The notes under the pieces: model-generated
What the model was told of the DNA's origin: nothing
What the model saw: the letters and a program-made list of their open reading frames with translations, nothing else
The model's database searches: none
Shown: piece after piece, positions 1-13,400 of the stretch
Layout: each line of letters begins with the position of its first letter
Position numbering within the stretch: position 1 is the stretch's first letter
Made by a program: the position numbers and the translations under genes
From: Acanthaster planci
Lineage: Eukaryota
NCBI RefSeq assembly: GCF_001949145.1
Contig: NW_019091356.1
Span: 1,488,789-1,552,788 of the forward strand
Direction: 5' to 3'
Length of the DNA: 64,000 nt

Positions 1-1321
1 ACTTGCCCCTTTATTTAAATGCTTCACTAACCCTGTGCCTGTATAAATGATACATCCCTACTTTTCCTCATCTTACCTTAGTGCAATCCAAATTTTCCCC
101 TATGCCAGACTAGGTCCATGCACTCCGAAAGACCATCCATTGCCTACTTTATCCCTTATTCCCTTTACCTTCAATAGCTCTATGTCTAACGTCACCTCAG
201 TGACATTATGGTTCAGGTGTTGCATCTGTTCATCACTGGAGAATGAGGCATTTTCAATATGCTTTCACATTTAATATTAGAAATTAAAAACAAAAAATTA
301 TAAAAAATGCGCACACTCAAAATCTACAACCATGCTTGTTCGATAGTGTGTGGGGGAAACCTGTATGTTGAAACGTAGCCATTGGGGGATCCAAAACACT
401 ATTGGGGGCAGACTTTTTGTCTCCACAACTTGGTCCCGACTTTGCCCCTCGGGGTAGTCTTTATTAGGCTTGGGCACAGCAACGAGCGGCTGCAGAGTAG
501 CGTGTGCAGCCCCGGGCTGTTCCCATGATGCACTGGGTGAAGGAGGTCGGGGGGGGGAGATCCTGGGTTCCGTCAATACAATCTGCCTGCACCCAGTGAT
601 CCTCTGACAGCAAAAACCGCACCCAGGAAATCAGATCTTACACATTAATGTGCGCTAGAGGAAGAGACTTGAGCCTCAGACGTAGTCTTCTCACATGTGA
701 CCGGAGCCGCCCCAGCCTGCTGAAGGTTTCAAGCTGCTCATTACATTTTGACACTCGATCACACTTTCAATCTGTGGTCTTCCCCCTCAAGGGGGGAGAC
801 ATAAAGGACATTTTAAAGGGGCACTCGTGGAAACATAGGGGCTGTTAAACTCATCCATTGGACAATCCAAATGACAGCAGATAGGACAAAAGTTTGTAGT
901 TTGTGAATTTCTTGTGTAGTGTGTTTTGTAGTGCAAATTGGTCTCAAGTAAACAGTAGTCGCCAAAAATCACAGAAGCCAGCATTCCAACTGTTGTAACA
1001 CCATCCCACCTCGGCACATTTCCCTTTGACATGTACTCGCTGCTTGGGCAGGAAAATATCCACTAGGTTTGTGGGAGTTTAGATTTTTCCAGGCGTCTGC
1101 ACTTTTTACGGGGTGAAAGGACGGGGGAAGCCATCTGCTCATCCGGTATTGGTCCCGTACATTGTTTCATTGTTACCTTGTATCTCTCTGCTTGTAACCA
1201 TCCAGCGTGTGTTTGCTTTGCACTGTTGGATAGCCGCGGACTTTTGAAGTATCGCCGCTTCCTGCTCTACCCTGGGTTATGTGATACCATCCACATCTTG
1301 TACTCTTTTCTTTTTTTGCAG

Positions 1322-1401
1322 AGGACGGCAAGATTTCTAAGGTAGTCAGGTTACCAGGCACCGACACGACCTGTGAGACTGAGATCCTCTGTGTCACTCC
1401 G
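1322..1401 (+). CDS. SEMA5: SEMA5 exon, end of Sema domain (DGKISKVVRLPGTDTTCETEILCVTP)
   Basis: Polypyrimidine-cag acceptor, CCG|gtaagt donor, open frame resembling the last Sema blade. Confidence 0.8.
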
Positions 1402-4400
1402 GTAAGTACAGAGGCTCCGCTGGTCTTGTTTTGTTAGCTGGCTTGCAGGCAGACTGACTGTTTGGCTAGCTAGGAGGCTGGCTAGATGATGAAATGATGG
1501 GCTTAATTTCGAGCTCATCCATAGGCTGGCTGGATAACTGGGTTGCTTTCCAACCCTCCTCCCCCCCACCAAAAGTTCCCTTGCTACTAGACTGGGTATT
1601 TGGCTGCTGAGTCAGCTGGCCAGGTGGGTTTGATGGTTCCCAGCTTGGCTTCCTGGCTAGTGCCCAGGGTGAGAGGCTTGTGGTAGTACTTGGTATGGTA
1701 TGGTGCAGATGTGTCCAGATCCCACAAAAAAGTCTTACAGCCTTTCAGTATTCTCATTTCAGTCTGCATCTGAAAGAGTCAACTGCACTTCTTGTTTTGA
1801 TGCATCGCTCAACTCAGTGTCCTGATGAAAATGGATATCAAATGTGTGAAAAATGTTGAGGACTCCTCCAAGAATCCTTTAAGGACTTTTATGGCTCTGG
1901 CAATCAATAACCTCTTTCATCGGTCAAAGATTGTCAAGGGATAAGAAATGAATCTTCCTCCCTCTTTACTAGATACATTATCTTGCCACTGTCATTAGTT
2001 TTCTGTTGAAATTCAAGTGCAGCTATCGGCCTACTAAACAGGCTTTCTCCACTTAATCATCTGACTCCAAGGATGCTTGAAACCTTTTGAAGGAAGAGAG
2101 ACCAGTATTTTGCCCACCTGGAGAAATGGATGGATCAGGAGCCTGTCATTAGTACAGGACTGTGTTTTTTTTTCTGATGAGTTGAAGCATCTGACTTAAG
2201 CAATCATGCTGATATATGCCTCACATTCATGTATCATGTAGACAGCACCTGTTCAATGTAGCCATGCGTGCACGCTTGCCCTTGATTCCCCCCCCCCCCT
2301 TCGTGCTGTTTTTTTTTTTTTNTCCCCCCCCCCCCCTTCGTGCTGTTTTTTTTTTTTTGTACTCTCCTGTACTTTTAACTGGAGTTCATCCAGGGCCCGG
2401 ACGTGTGAAATTGCAATTATGTCTTTCCCTGTAGGGAAATGAAGCTGCTGATGAAGACACACACAGACGTTTCTTTTTCCGTTTTTTTCCCCTCTTCTTC
2501 CTGGCGGGCATGAGGCTCACGCCTTCCAGCCTTGCCTAATCTGTCACCCACACCATTTGCTCAGTATGTCAAGAATTGTTTTTGGTTGTTTTTTTTCTGT
2601 TTGACCTTTATTCGCCCCTAAAGGTTTTGCTACCGGCTTGAAATTTCAAACAGATTTTTGTGGGCACATTGTGCTCTTGGATAGTATTGCTTTTCCTTCC
2701 TTTTTTTCTGAGATGGGTCTTTTCATAGGTATTCCATCAACTGTCTCGAGATTTAATACGGGCGCTTCACAATAGTGGGTCACCAATGGTTTGTAAGGCG
2801 TTGGCCAATCACAATGCGCAAAATCTGTCGACCCAATGCAAGTTCGGAAAGGGTCCACAAATTTCGCGCATTGTGATTGGCCAACGCGTTGCAGACTCTT
2901 GGTGGCGCTCTGTTGTGAGTTGCCCGTATTGAGACAGCCATTCTTGTCATTGCTATATTTTCCTTGAATGCTGTAACACTGTAAACCTTGTAAGATGAAA
3001 TCAGATTTTGAAATTGAAGTCATTTTAATGTTATTTGCTAATTATACACTTTGTATCATGAAATTTGAGCTTTGCAGAGTGTTAACGTGCTGGTTTTACA
3101 TCTTACGTATAATATTTGTTTGCAGAACACACGATGCCAGCCACTGAAGAAAATTGAGCTCCATTCAGAGATGGTGAGTTCTACTTGCATATTTCAAGCT
3201 TCCCTTCCATGAAAAAAATCTCCCGCCAAGGGGGGGGTGTACGGAACCTCAAGCAGGCTAACTGAAGCTGAATATTTTTTGGCTTGCCCCACAGCGTGAG
3301 TTGCATTATTAATCACGAGTGTAGCTGACGTTGGAGCTTATTGTCTGAGTTGGCGAGTGCAGAACCTTGCCCCCCTCCAAAACGTTTTGAAATGGGATGG
3401 TCTTCACTGTTTCAAATCAGGGCCCGATATTGATGTTGATGAGAATGGACACCAAATGACCAAACTTGACCATGCTGGGAACTCCTCTGGGAACTAACAG
3501 TCTGAGCTTGTAGTCCAGTGATTTCAATTTCCCAGTGACCAAAAAAAGAAAATTGATTAAATAACGAAAAACAAGACAAAAAAAAATCAAGGGGTCAGAA
3601 AAGGTCGAACTGCACCTCATGCTTTTCGTCTCAGAAGATTTCCAGCTCACTGCAAGTGGGTTAAAAAACAGCCAGACAAATCTCCGGAGATGAAAGTTTA
3701 TTAGTCGTCCTGGCCAGAAGAAACAAACACTGGAACATGTTTTTGATTCTAATCTGAAGATGCTTTAGGAAAGAGAAAAATCTAAGGGAGAGGGGAAGCG
3801 CACAAGTTCGCTGAGGAGCCAAGAGATAACGCAGCATCGGAAACCGGACAGTTTTGTTTTGATCAGTCCCACATTACCCAGTGTGAATGGGACATGTTTG
3901 GCAACTGCAGTAGTTGTAAGTGATCTGTCAAAAGCAGTAGAGGTTTCCCTGACACAAATTTTTGAGGGTTACACTTCTCCAAAGTGTGTGTGTGGTTCTG
4001 ACTTCGGAAGTATTTTGTTATCTCCCAGCTCCAAGCAAGAGAAAAAAAGAAAAAACGTATCACGTTTTCCGTTTACTTTAGTTAGAGACATTGTCCGAGG
4101 AAATTGCAGATTAAGGAAATACATTACAAGGCTTAACAGGTTTAAATGCTTAATTTTCTCCATGTCTAGAGAAGCACTGGTAAAGCCATGCTTTAAGTCA
4201 AGTGCATGAATGGTGAATTTTGAGTAAGAAACATATTGCTGGGCGTAGAAGGCCTCATAAGATCTGTAAAGATACCAGAAGATTGGCCAGCTTATAGCTT
4301 CAAGTTTGTCTTGGCATCTCAACTGAAAATGGTATGTGACCAGTTTATCATGTCTTGGTTTCCTTTCTTGAAGGGTGCCCTCTATGTCGGGATGTCCTTC

Positions 4401-7400
4401 GGGGTCGTAATGGTGTCGGTACAACGGTGTCACCTGTACACCACCATGAAGTAAGTGTAGTCAGTGGCTGTCACTGTTTGTTTGTTTCTTATTGTTTGTC
4501 CATTTTCCGAGTAGCTGTTCGTGATTGAACTTCCCGTTCCTTGTCTGTCCCTTGTCCGCGAAATAATGCATCTGCGAGGTGCTCTCTCTTTCAGAAAAGC
4601 TTGAGATTTTTGCAAAATCCAAGGCTGGTGCCAAACCCATTGAATCATTAATGATTAATGGTTCATCGGGGATCTTTTGCATGAGGCCAGTTCTTCGTGG
4701 TGACCGTGCCTGTAGGAAATCCAGAATCTTTGGCCATTAGGAAATGATGCCACTTCCGCAGTGTTACTTTGTGATTATCCTGTCAGATGGCATAAAGTCA
4801 AAGGTCAAGGGCACCAGGATTCCTCCTTTCGTTCCAGACCTGCTCATTAGGGCATTAATGCTCTTAACAGCAGATGAAAGGATTTGTCCCTTATCTGCTG
4901 CCCCGCCCGAAGCAGTCGCATGTTATCTAGCATGATTTCCCCTGGCAATTAAAAATGTGTTCTCTTTGGGAAATTTGCCATAGCATTTCCAAATGTAGAT
5001 GACTGTGGTCCACAGAAGCAGTCATATTGATGAACCAGTAAAAAATGACCATTATTTAGGAAACAAACAACTTTCAGACTGGCCTCCTTTCATACGCCCG
5101 GTCCAAAAAAAAAAAATAAAATTTGGGCCAGTGAAGTTATTTTCTACCAGCACCGCTCTTCCTGGCTTAATTAACCTCAACTTTTCTCGGCGCCACCAAA
5201 TTTCGGCTAAAGTTTTCTGCAACATCATTGACATTTCTTAATAACTTCAATATTTAGCCAAATTGTTGTCATGTCAATTTCACTCTGGACAAACATGCAC
5301 TGTTCACCATCACCAATAATTTTGTGGTTAAACCCGTCTCTAAAAGACACTTGCCACAGTCTTCCAGTTTATCCTGATCTGATTAGTCAAAAAGAAAATC
5401 AGTCTTTTCATCAGCATATGGACTGAAGCCATTGGCTGTGTGTGGGGGGGGGAGAAACGTGCACAGGCGCCGGTGTTCATTGAGTCATTTTTGTGGTAAC
5501 CGCATGTCACCCTGATCTCACGTATGCTTGGTCAATGTTTACCGAGTAGTTATCCGGAATAGGTCGTGACATTTTGACATGAGGGAGATGGGAAGGGGCT
5601 TACAGGTTTGGGCGGGTTAGTCATTATTGTCGTAGTCAGCCAAGTTTCTCACGCAGATGCCTTCCACGATACGACTTCTTACATTGGGCACTGAGCAAGA
5701 GGGTACAAAGATCGGAGCCACCTGACACCCCAGAGATGAACCCTCGGGAGAGTAGAATTGGGGCAAGTTTGAAGTGAAATGGCTTGATGCGCAAAGCAAT
5801 TGTACATGTACACTGTACATGTATTAAGCATTGAGAGTGACATTGTCGGGGGGGCGGGGAGATGGAAAGGGGGGGGGGCATATTTCTATCAATGACTTTG
5901 CTTAAAGTGCTTGTTACGGCTTGACAAGACCCAGGCTGTGTTCGCTGTTCAGGAATCTACCATTCAGCCCATGCAGGGCATCTCATCATTGAAAATGTAC
6001 ATGTGTCCCCCCCTCCTTCGCCTGAAAACAAGAACTTCAGGAGTCGTAAAATGATCTTCGTCAGCCGCTCATGAGCTCGCTAGGTGGCGCTTCCAGTGAT
6101 GGGTTCAGCATTCCCAAATGGAGAAGGGGTGCCCTGTTGCTTGTCTTGGAGAAACTTTCTGTCTTTGAAGTATTCAAACAAGTTGAAAGCAGGGGAAATG
6201 GGAAGAAGACCCCTTCACCCACCAGTGTCTACACGAGGTACTCTCACATAAATATGTCAATAGTTCAAGAATCTGCTGAAATTATGAATACCAGTTGATG
6301 TGTATTTTGATGGGTTATTTCTTGCCATTGCTCAGGGAATGCGTAGATGCCAGGGATCCTTACTGTGGTTGGAATCCACAGACCAACAGCTGCACGACCA
6401 AACCACAAGAGTAAGCTCTTTTCTTGCCCCTTTCTTAGAAAGAGGACTAGATCTCATCTTCTGGTAGTTAGTAGGACGGATGCCATTAAGTTGATTGAGC
6501 CCTTGAACTTCAAGGTTTAGGGTTGAAGGTTTTAAGTCTTGTTCCAGGCGATGTTCTTGACTCAAGCCCTTTCCCTTTCTCTCGTTTATAGCAACGATGT
6601 GTTGGCCCTCTGGATACAGGAAATAACTTCATGCCCGGTCATCGACTCGGCAGGTGAGAGATTTGAGAAGTGTATAGACTGTCCAGACAGTTGTTAATGA
6701 GTAACAAGTGCTTATCAATGGAAGCAGGCAGCCAATATGTGAAACAGTTCCTGGCCACATTGTCATGCAGATTTGGCTCATTCCAACTTTAACACAGAGC
6801 TTGGGATTATTATTGTGAGGGAATTGATTATTACTAGTGCACTCAATGTCCAGTCATTTCCAAGCTCTTGAAGAAGTTGATAATAGTAAAACAAAAAGCA
6901 GAAAAGAAAAAAAAAAAACAGGAAACAAAAGAACACTTCCTTGAGCCTGCAAATGAAGTCTTTCTCTCTGTTTTTCAAGAATTTAATTGCTGAAATCATT
7001 GGTTGCGTCTTCACTCCTCTAGTTGATGGTGCCTACGGTGCTTGGTCCGACTGGTTCCCCTGCCAGGACCCTAGCGGTGACTCCAGGTGCCTCTGTAGGC
7101 GCCGTGCCTGTGATTCCCCGGTCCCGCAGTGTGGCGGTCTGCCCTGTCAGGGTGAGAGTGTCCAGGTCACCAACTGTTCAGGTACAGCTGTTGTCGTGCG
7201 AAATTCAGGTACATCATGGGCCTCTTGAGGAGAATGCCAACTTTTCTTTTTCTTTGTCCTCTGAGTTGGTTTTGGGTTTGTTTGTTTTTCTGTCTGTTTG
7301 CAACCCATCTGCTTGTATTGTGGTGTATTGGCTTGCATGCTGGACACCTGAAACGGTATTACAGTTGAACACTGCCTCACACATGTTAACTTGCACAGAC

Positions 7401-10400
7401 ATGGTGTGGCGGGTATGGTGTTAGTGGTTAAAAATGCAAGGAATTCTGGGTTTGTACAGATTCTGATGAAAAGTGGTTGTGTTATCCCTGTTCCTACACC
7501 AGCACACGTACGGCTTATAGGTCATGAGGGGTACCAAGAGAGGGCGCAATGTTCCAAGCAGTGGAGGCTCGTTTGATTGGAACTGCACTTCACTGGTTTA
7601 TGAAAGACTGTGAGATGCATGCACTGTATACGCGTCACTACCGACAAAATAAACACGCCCACCAGCATGGCTCTTTTTGTTTCTCTACACAAAAGCTTAT
7701 TGTAATTCTGCAGTCGGCTATCATGTTCCATCCACAGTTTCCGCACAAGAGCAGTATTTAAGTCTTTAAGTCAGATGTTTTGAACGGGCAGTGTTCACTG
7801 TGGTATCGTTTTTACTAGTCGCTCTGTTGGTTTGTGTTAAAATAGCAGCCTTTTCCTTACTTCTTGTTTAAGAGTCGAGGATGCATGATTGCTAATATAT
7901 TATGCCAGTCCCTGCATGCCAAGCATGGCGGCTGTTCTCATCAGTTTGGCCGATTCTTAGGGAAGTGGCACTCAAGCCATGAGCACTTTAGAGATGGAAA
8001 CTGACAAATGTTGACACTTTTCCTCCCAAATTGTTTGCTTGTTTGTCAAGATATCAAAATAGTAAAAATAGGTCGCTTAGTAAAACTGAAAACATCAGTG
8101 TCAAGCCTGCAAAATTCAGTTATTTACCAAAAAATATCCTGCAGATATATTTTAAGGAAGTTTTCAGAACCGATAAATTGTTTTGATTTTTTTTTATATC
8201 GATGTTTTTTCTTGGTTTGGAAGGGGTGGGTCTTGGAAATTTACCCATCCGTCCTTACCAGAGACAGTACAAGATTACATTTGACAAGTTGTAATTACGC
8301 GTGGATGTCCAGGAAGACATACGTGTAACTTTTCCCCCAGACCTCAATTATCACCTAGTCTGTGTATGATTCACACCTCATGCCTGTAGCATGCCGACTC
8401 TGTGCCCTCCTCCAGTGTTGTCTTACCAGCACGGGATGCTGAAAGCTATCAAGAGTAAAGGGAGGCTTTGTACTGCACTTTGGGAATTTATTTGTCCCCC
8501 GTCAGTGTCGTGTCGTTTGCAAAAGTTGAACTCCCTCCATCTTCAGCCAATGTTTGCCCTGGATGCTTTGTAAAAATCAGTTTGCGTCGCCCAGGATTTG
8601 CTCGCACAGTGATTCAATTCAATTCAATCCAATTCAATTCAATTTAAAAATAACATTTATTTCCATCCTTTCTTCAACATACGAATCAAAGAATACACGT
8701 AAAATAAATATGAACCTTAAATACAATGTAATATAATTGGAGAAAATAGACAAAGCTTGAAAAGATAGAAAGTATGGGGCTGTTCAAATAAGCGAGGGCT
8801 TGTAGAGAACAGCCCAAGGACAGACAATTGGACTAGGGACAAAAGCACTGAAAGCAGACGAGAACAAATGTGACAAACAGTGAAGACTACACTGAACATC
8901 CAAAACGGAAGTAAAGAGTTGAAGACTGTGAAAATGAGCAGTAACATGAATAGATACAGAAGTAAAGGCAAGGTGAATGAAATAAGAGGACATTGTCTTA
9001 AGGATTGGAAGCTATGTAACATATTGTGAGAGGAGAGCTCTTCTAGTGGGAGGGCTTGAATCAGCCTCTGATAGGGTTTTTTCTAAAAAGCTGTTGTAGC
9101 CACAAGCATGTAGTGCTTCTACGTAAATTGGTGAAGGAAAAAAGCCAATATCAAAATTCGCCATACCCGTCAAATTTTCATCAGATGTCATGCTGAATGC
9201 AACTTATCCATAAAATACTTTGACAGCATACACTCCACGGAGAAGCAACAAGGTCGTTGGCAAAGCATAGAAATCCTTTGATGTACAAGGACGATTACAG
9301 GCTAACCACCAACCCCTAAACCGACCAGCGCCCCTCCTTCCAAACTGCCCACACCATGGCAGGAAAGATGAATCATACAAAAATGAAAAAAAAAAGAGTG
9401 ATTCATAGGCATCTCCTTGGCAATAAAGTTTGAGCGGTACGGTGTCCCCAGCCAAGATGGTATCAGTAGTGATTGAGAACTCAAAACACTGGAAAGATAG
9501 AGAGGGGTCCGGCTCGAGCGGCCGGCCTGTGAGCTCTGCCAAGCAACAGGTCGGCTGGGTGCCTTTTTATCGGCAGTCCCGTCCCCTTAGTCATACCTGA
9601 CATTGTGGTCCGTTGGACGAGCTAGAACCGAAAGCAGGGCAGCCGCTGGGTGGTGTTTCCTGTTGGATGACAACGAAAGCTGCAACCTCTTCTATTTATA
9701 ACTCAAAAAATCACAGATGAATCCCAATGTAATTGCCCGGAAAGAAAAAGAACACGTAAAAAGCATGACTTTCCCTCGTCGCAACTTCTATTTTGTGTGC
9801 TCTGCCTGTGCCTGCCGTGCTGTTTGTGTGTGCTTGTTCCTTGTGGCAAATAGTTTGCCGACTACTTTTGCGCCTTGGACTTTGTTTACTTTCAACCGTT
9901 GGCTGTTTGAAAAAAAAAGAAAATTCTGTGAAGTGAAAAATTTATCCCAATGTGATTGCCACACAAGTTCGGCTTTGTTGGGTGCTGCAGTTGCTGGTTA
10001 CCCCTCTCAGACTTCTTCATTTTCCTTTGGGGTCATTCCATGAAGTTCGGGCACAGTTTGTGATGGCATCCCTTGTTACATCGGTAACTTTTATTGCCCT
10101 TTATTTTCACATTACAACAGATTAAGTCATATTATTCAGCAAAGATGAAGCACACCACTACAAGAACCTAGCAAGATTTAGAACAATGTCAATTTAGAAT
10201 CCACGTGCAGGGGAAAAAAATGTTTATTTTCACTGATGTAACAAGGGACGCCATCACAAACTGTGCCCGAACTTCGTGGAATGACCCTTTGAAAAATCAC
10301 ACTTCTTGGTGATGCATGGCAAGCAGCATGATCTTTTTTTTTTTTCTGACGAAAGCTTCCCACATTTGCATTTCTCTTTCCACATTGCCGGCATGCTTAA

Positions 10401-13400
10401 AACCTCTTCGGAAACATCATTGTGCAGGTAGTTTTGTGGGCCTTTGCTGCAGAGTACCAAAGTGAAATACGTCACGCTCACAATTATTTGTGTGTAAAAG
10501 ACAGTAGTCCGAGAACCAGTGCATGAATCAACATGCGTGCATAAGCCACTCCTTTCCACATTACTTATCGGTCAAAATGACGTCATGCTCTGGTGCTCTA
10601 CAGGTGGGCCAATCCGAAGTGTGAAAGGCAATGTAAAACACCTATTGCCCCGACAGCGAGGGCAGGGAACAAATTGTCAAATCAGTGTCTTGTGTTTTAC
10701 GTAAGACGTTGTAAGGCCTTTGTAAGATAGGGTCTTACAAAGACCGACACAAGACCTCCAATCTGAATTCAGGTGACAAGTTATTCTTTGAAGTGAATTG
10801 CGGCCAAGTATTCCTTAGTCATTGCTAACTGTGTACCTGTGAATGTGCAGCCCGGACCCATAGTTTGCTGTTTCCACACAAACCGTTCCCGGGCTCTGCC
10901 TAGCTTGATTCTATTCCCTTCCCCACAGGATCTTGGAGCGAATGGAGCGCTTGGAGCGTCTGCTCGGCCAAGTGTAACGGGGGCATCCAGACCCGGTCCA
11001 GGCACTGCCTAGGGGGCAACGTCTGCATGGGCACCCCGGAGGAGACCAGAGAGTGCAACAAACAACTCTGCCGAGGTGGGTTCAGGTGAAGGGCTCACCC
11101 AGAGAGTTTGCCATTACTGTGGTGGAGCCATGCTCACGTGCACACTTCCAAACTTGAGACACGTATCCCTGTCCACCGGGCAAGTCACAACAACCCCTGT
11201 TGGCGGAAGAGGCATGTAATGCAAAGGCATGACGGCAGTAACCAAGTTGACAATTTCTTCTGTGTTATAAAGATAATCACTTGCTTTTAGGCGTGTGATT
11301 AGTAAGGGGTATTGCAGCATAGCTGTGTACAAAAATTGGTTATTTCTATGGAGTGAATTTTTACGTGTGGCCTTTGACAGAAGTGGCAAGTTTCATTTGC
11401 TGTCCAGTGTATATATGAAAAGGTATATCTCTTACAGACCCTAGTCCTGACTACATTTTTGCCCCAGAAGTGACTTCCCCCCCTCCCCTTGACCCCTTCC
11501 TTTCTCTCCCTCCGCAGAGACGCGCAAGACAACTCGTTGGACTCCCTGGATGGTGCAGAATGCCACACAGGACAGTTTCCTGCTCAAACGCTACCGGTTC
11601 ATGTGCAAGGCGCCGGTCATCGACCGGTCCCTGCTACGCATCGGCCGCATGAAGGTGGAGTACCAGCTCTGCCCATACCTGAGTAAAACGTGCTGGCCCA
11701 CGGGAGGTGAGGACTCGGAGGTGGAGCAGCTGAACAGACTAATAGGTATCCAGAGGGGCAGGGGTGCCGACACAGCTGGTACCCTGTGCATTCTCATTCT
11801 TATGCAAATGGTTGCTTGGAGCACCCACAAGCCCAAACTTTCATTTGCCAAATGCACAACTTTGCCCAATTTGGTTTGTCGAGCTGTTTTTCTTTTGCCG
11901 AGCAAAATGCACTTGCTGTTGATTTTCTTTGGCTCTTTAAAAAAAAACAATTGTGATAGAATTTGTCTTTCTTTTCCAAAATTAACTTGAAAACTTCACA
12001 TATGCATGCTGCCAAAAAACTTTCTTCACAGATGCCTCTCTTTTGGCTATTGCTCTGATGCTTTTATCTCTTTTATTTTGCGTCAAAAAAGATCAAAGAA
12101 AGAGAATTTTTACATCAACCCAAACCCAGCTGGCACCCTGCATGAATAGCATGAGTGTGGGAATACGTGACTGTTGGCCACAAAGTAAAGGATGAAACGG
12201 ACTGAAGCTGTGATACTTGATACGGAAGGAGTGAAGTGATGCAATGTTGTGGCATGATTGTGGATCACGTTAGTCTGCGCATGCAGTGTGACAAGTGTGT
12301 CAAGGGGGGCTGTGTAGTGTTGTTTGAATGACACGAGGTGTATAAGGTAGATAGATTTCTTTCACGTTTCAAGCTTTTGGGGTCGCTGTTGATGAAACTT
12401 GCTGGAATGTTTTGCCTCTTAAGTTACTTGTCTGCAAACGCACTCAACTTTCATTCCATCTTGCCTTGCTTCTACAGCCACGGCATGCTGTCATGACAAG
12501 TCCAGAAGTTTATTTTTGCTGTGAGTTTTGCTCGTAAAGCAGCACATTTTCGGTTCCGAAAACAAACTACAGGTGACCTCGGATGGGTAACCTGCTGCAT
12601 GCGATATTGCTGAAAAAAAAAATGCTGATTCAACCTCTCTGAACGTTAACTGTTGGCCGTATTGACCAGATGAGTCTAAATTGGGCCAAAGAGGATTGGC
12701 CGAGGATGTGAACGTGATTTCAATTTGACGTCAGTGGGGTTTCCCCCCGCTGTCAGAATCATTTTTGATCAGACGTACCCAGATTAAGATATGGCATATG
12801 TCAATCTGTGACAGAGGTCTTTTCATAGAACACAGAAGATGTATATTGGCACAAACATAACGTGTTCTTTGGGGAAAGAATACCTTTTAACCTTTCCAGC
12901 CTTTTTTTCCTCAAGTATGTTCATCACATGCTGTGGTCAGGGTTTGAGTGGCCATTAATCTGCCTGCATGGTGCCTAAAAAAGGCCATGGTTGCAACTCT
13001 GCTATGTGTGCACAGCCAATTTTCTGTCTGCTACAAGTCACAAATCAAATTTCAGTGGTGGTTGTTGTCACCAGCTGCTAACAAGGGGAACATACAGAAC
13101 TTTCTCGGTCCTTTTTTGGAATGACGAACTGCACTGTTTCAGGTGTGAGATGAAATGAAAACAAACGTGTCGGAAGGCGATATTTCATTGAACTCCAGTC
13201 TGGGACTTGGGAATGTGCTCCAGATGGTGGGTATTTCAGTGCCCTGGCGGTGAGCCCTTCCTGATTGGATGAAGCAGTTTTTGTGCGTGTGAGCACTTGT
13301 ACCTGCTTGTAAATTTGCGTCATTACCTGGCGTGTCAGGTTTCGTATTTATCAGTGCACTGCGCGTGTCAGGTTTCATAGTTCCCATGGCGAGTGATGAG

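Noticed and set aside
2287..2358. Duplicated poly-C/TTCGTGCTG/poly-T unit around an N at 2322
   Set aside because: The duplication straddles an ambiguous base between homopolymers, so it is most likely a contig-join artefact.
3969..4433. 154-aa minus-strand ORF
   Set aside because: Antisense to a SEMA5 exon and intron; no domain features.
7399..7424. cag|ACATGGTGTGGCGGGTATGGTGT considered as the missing TSR exon
   Set aside because: It reads DMVWRVWC and then hits an in-frame TAG, with no downstream TSR cysteines.
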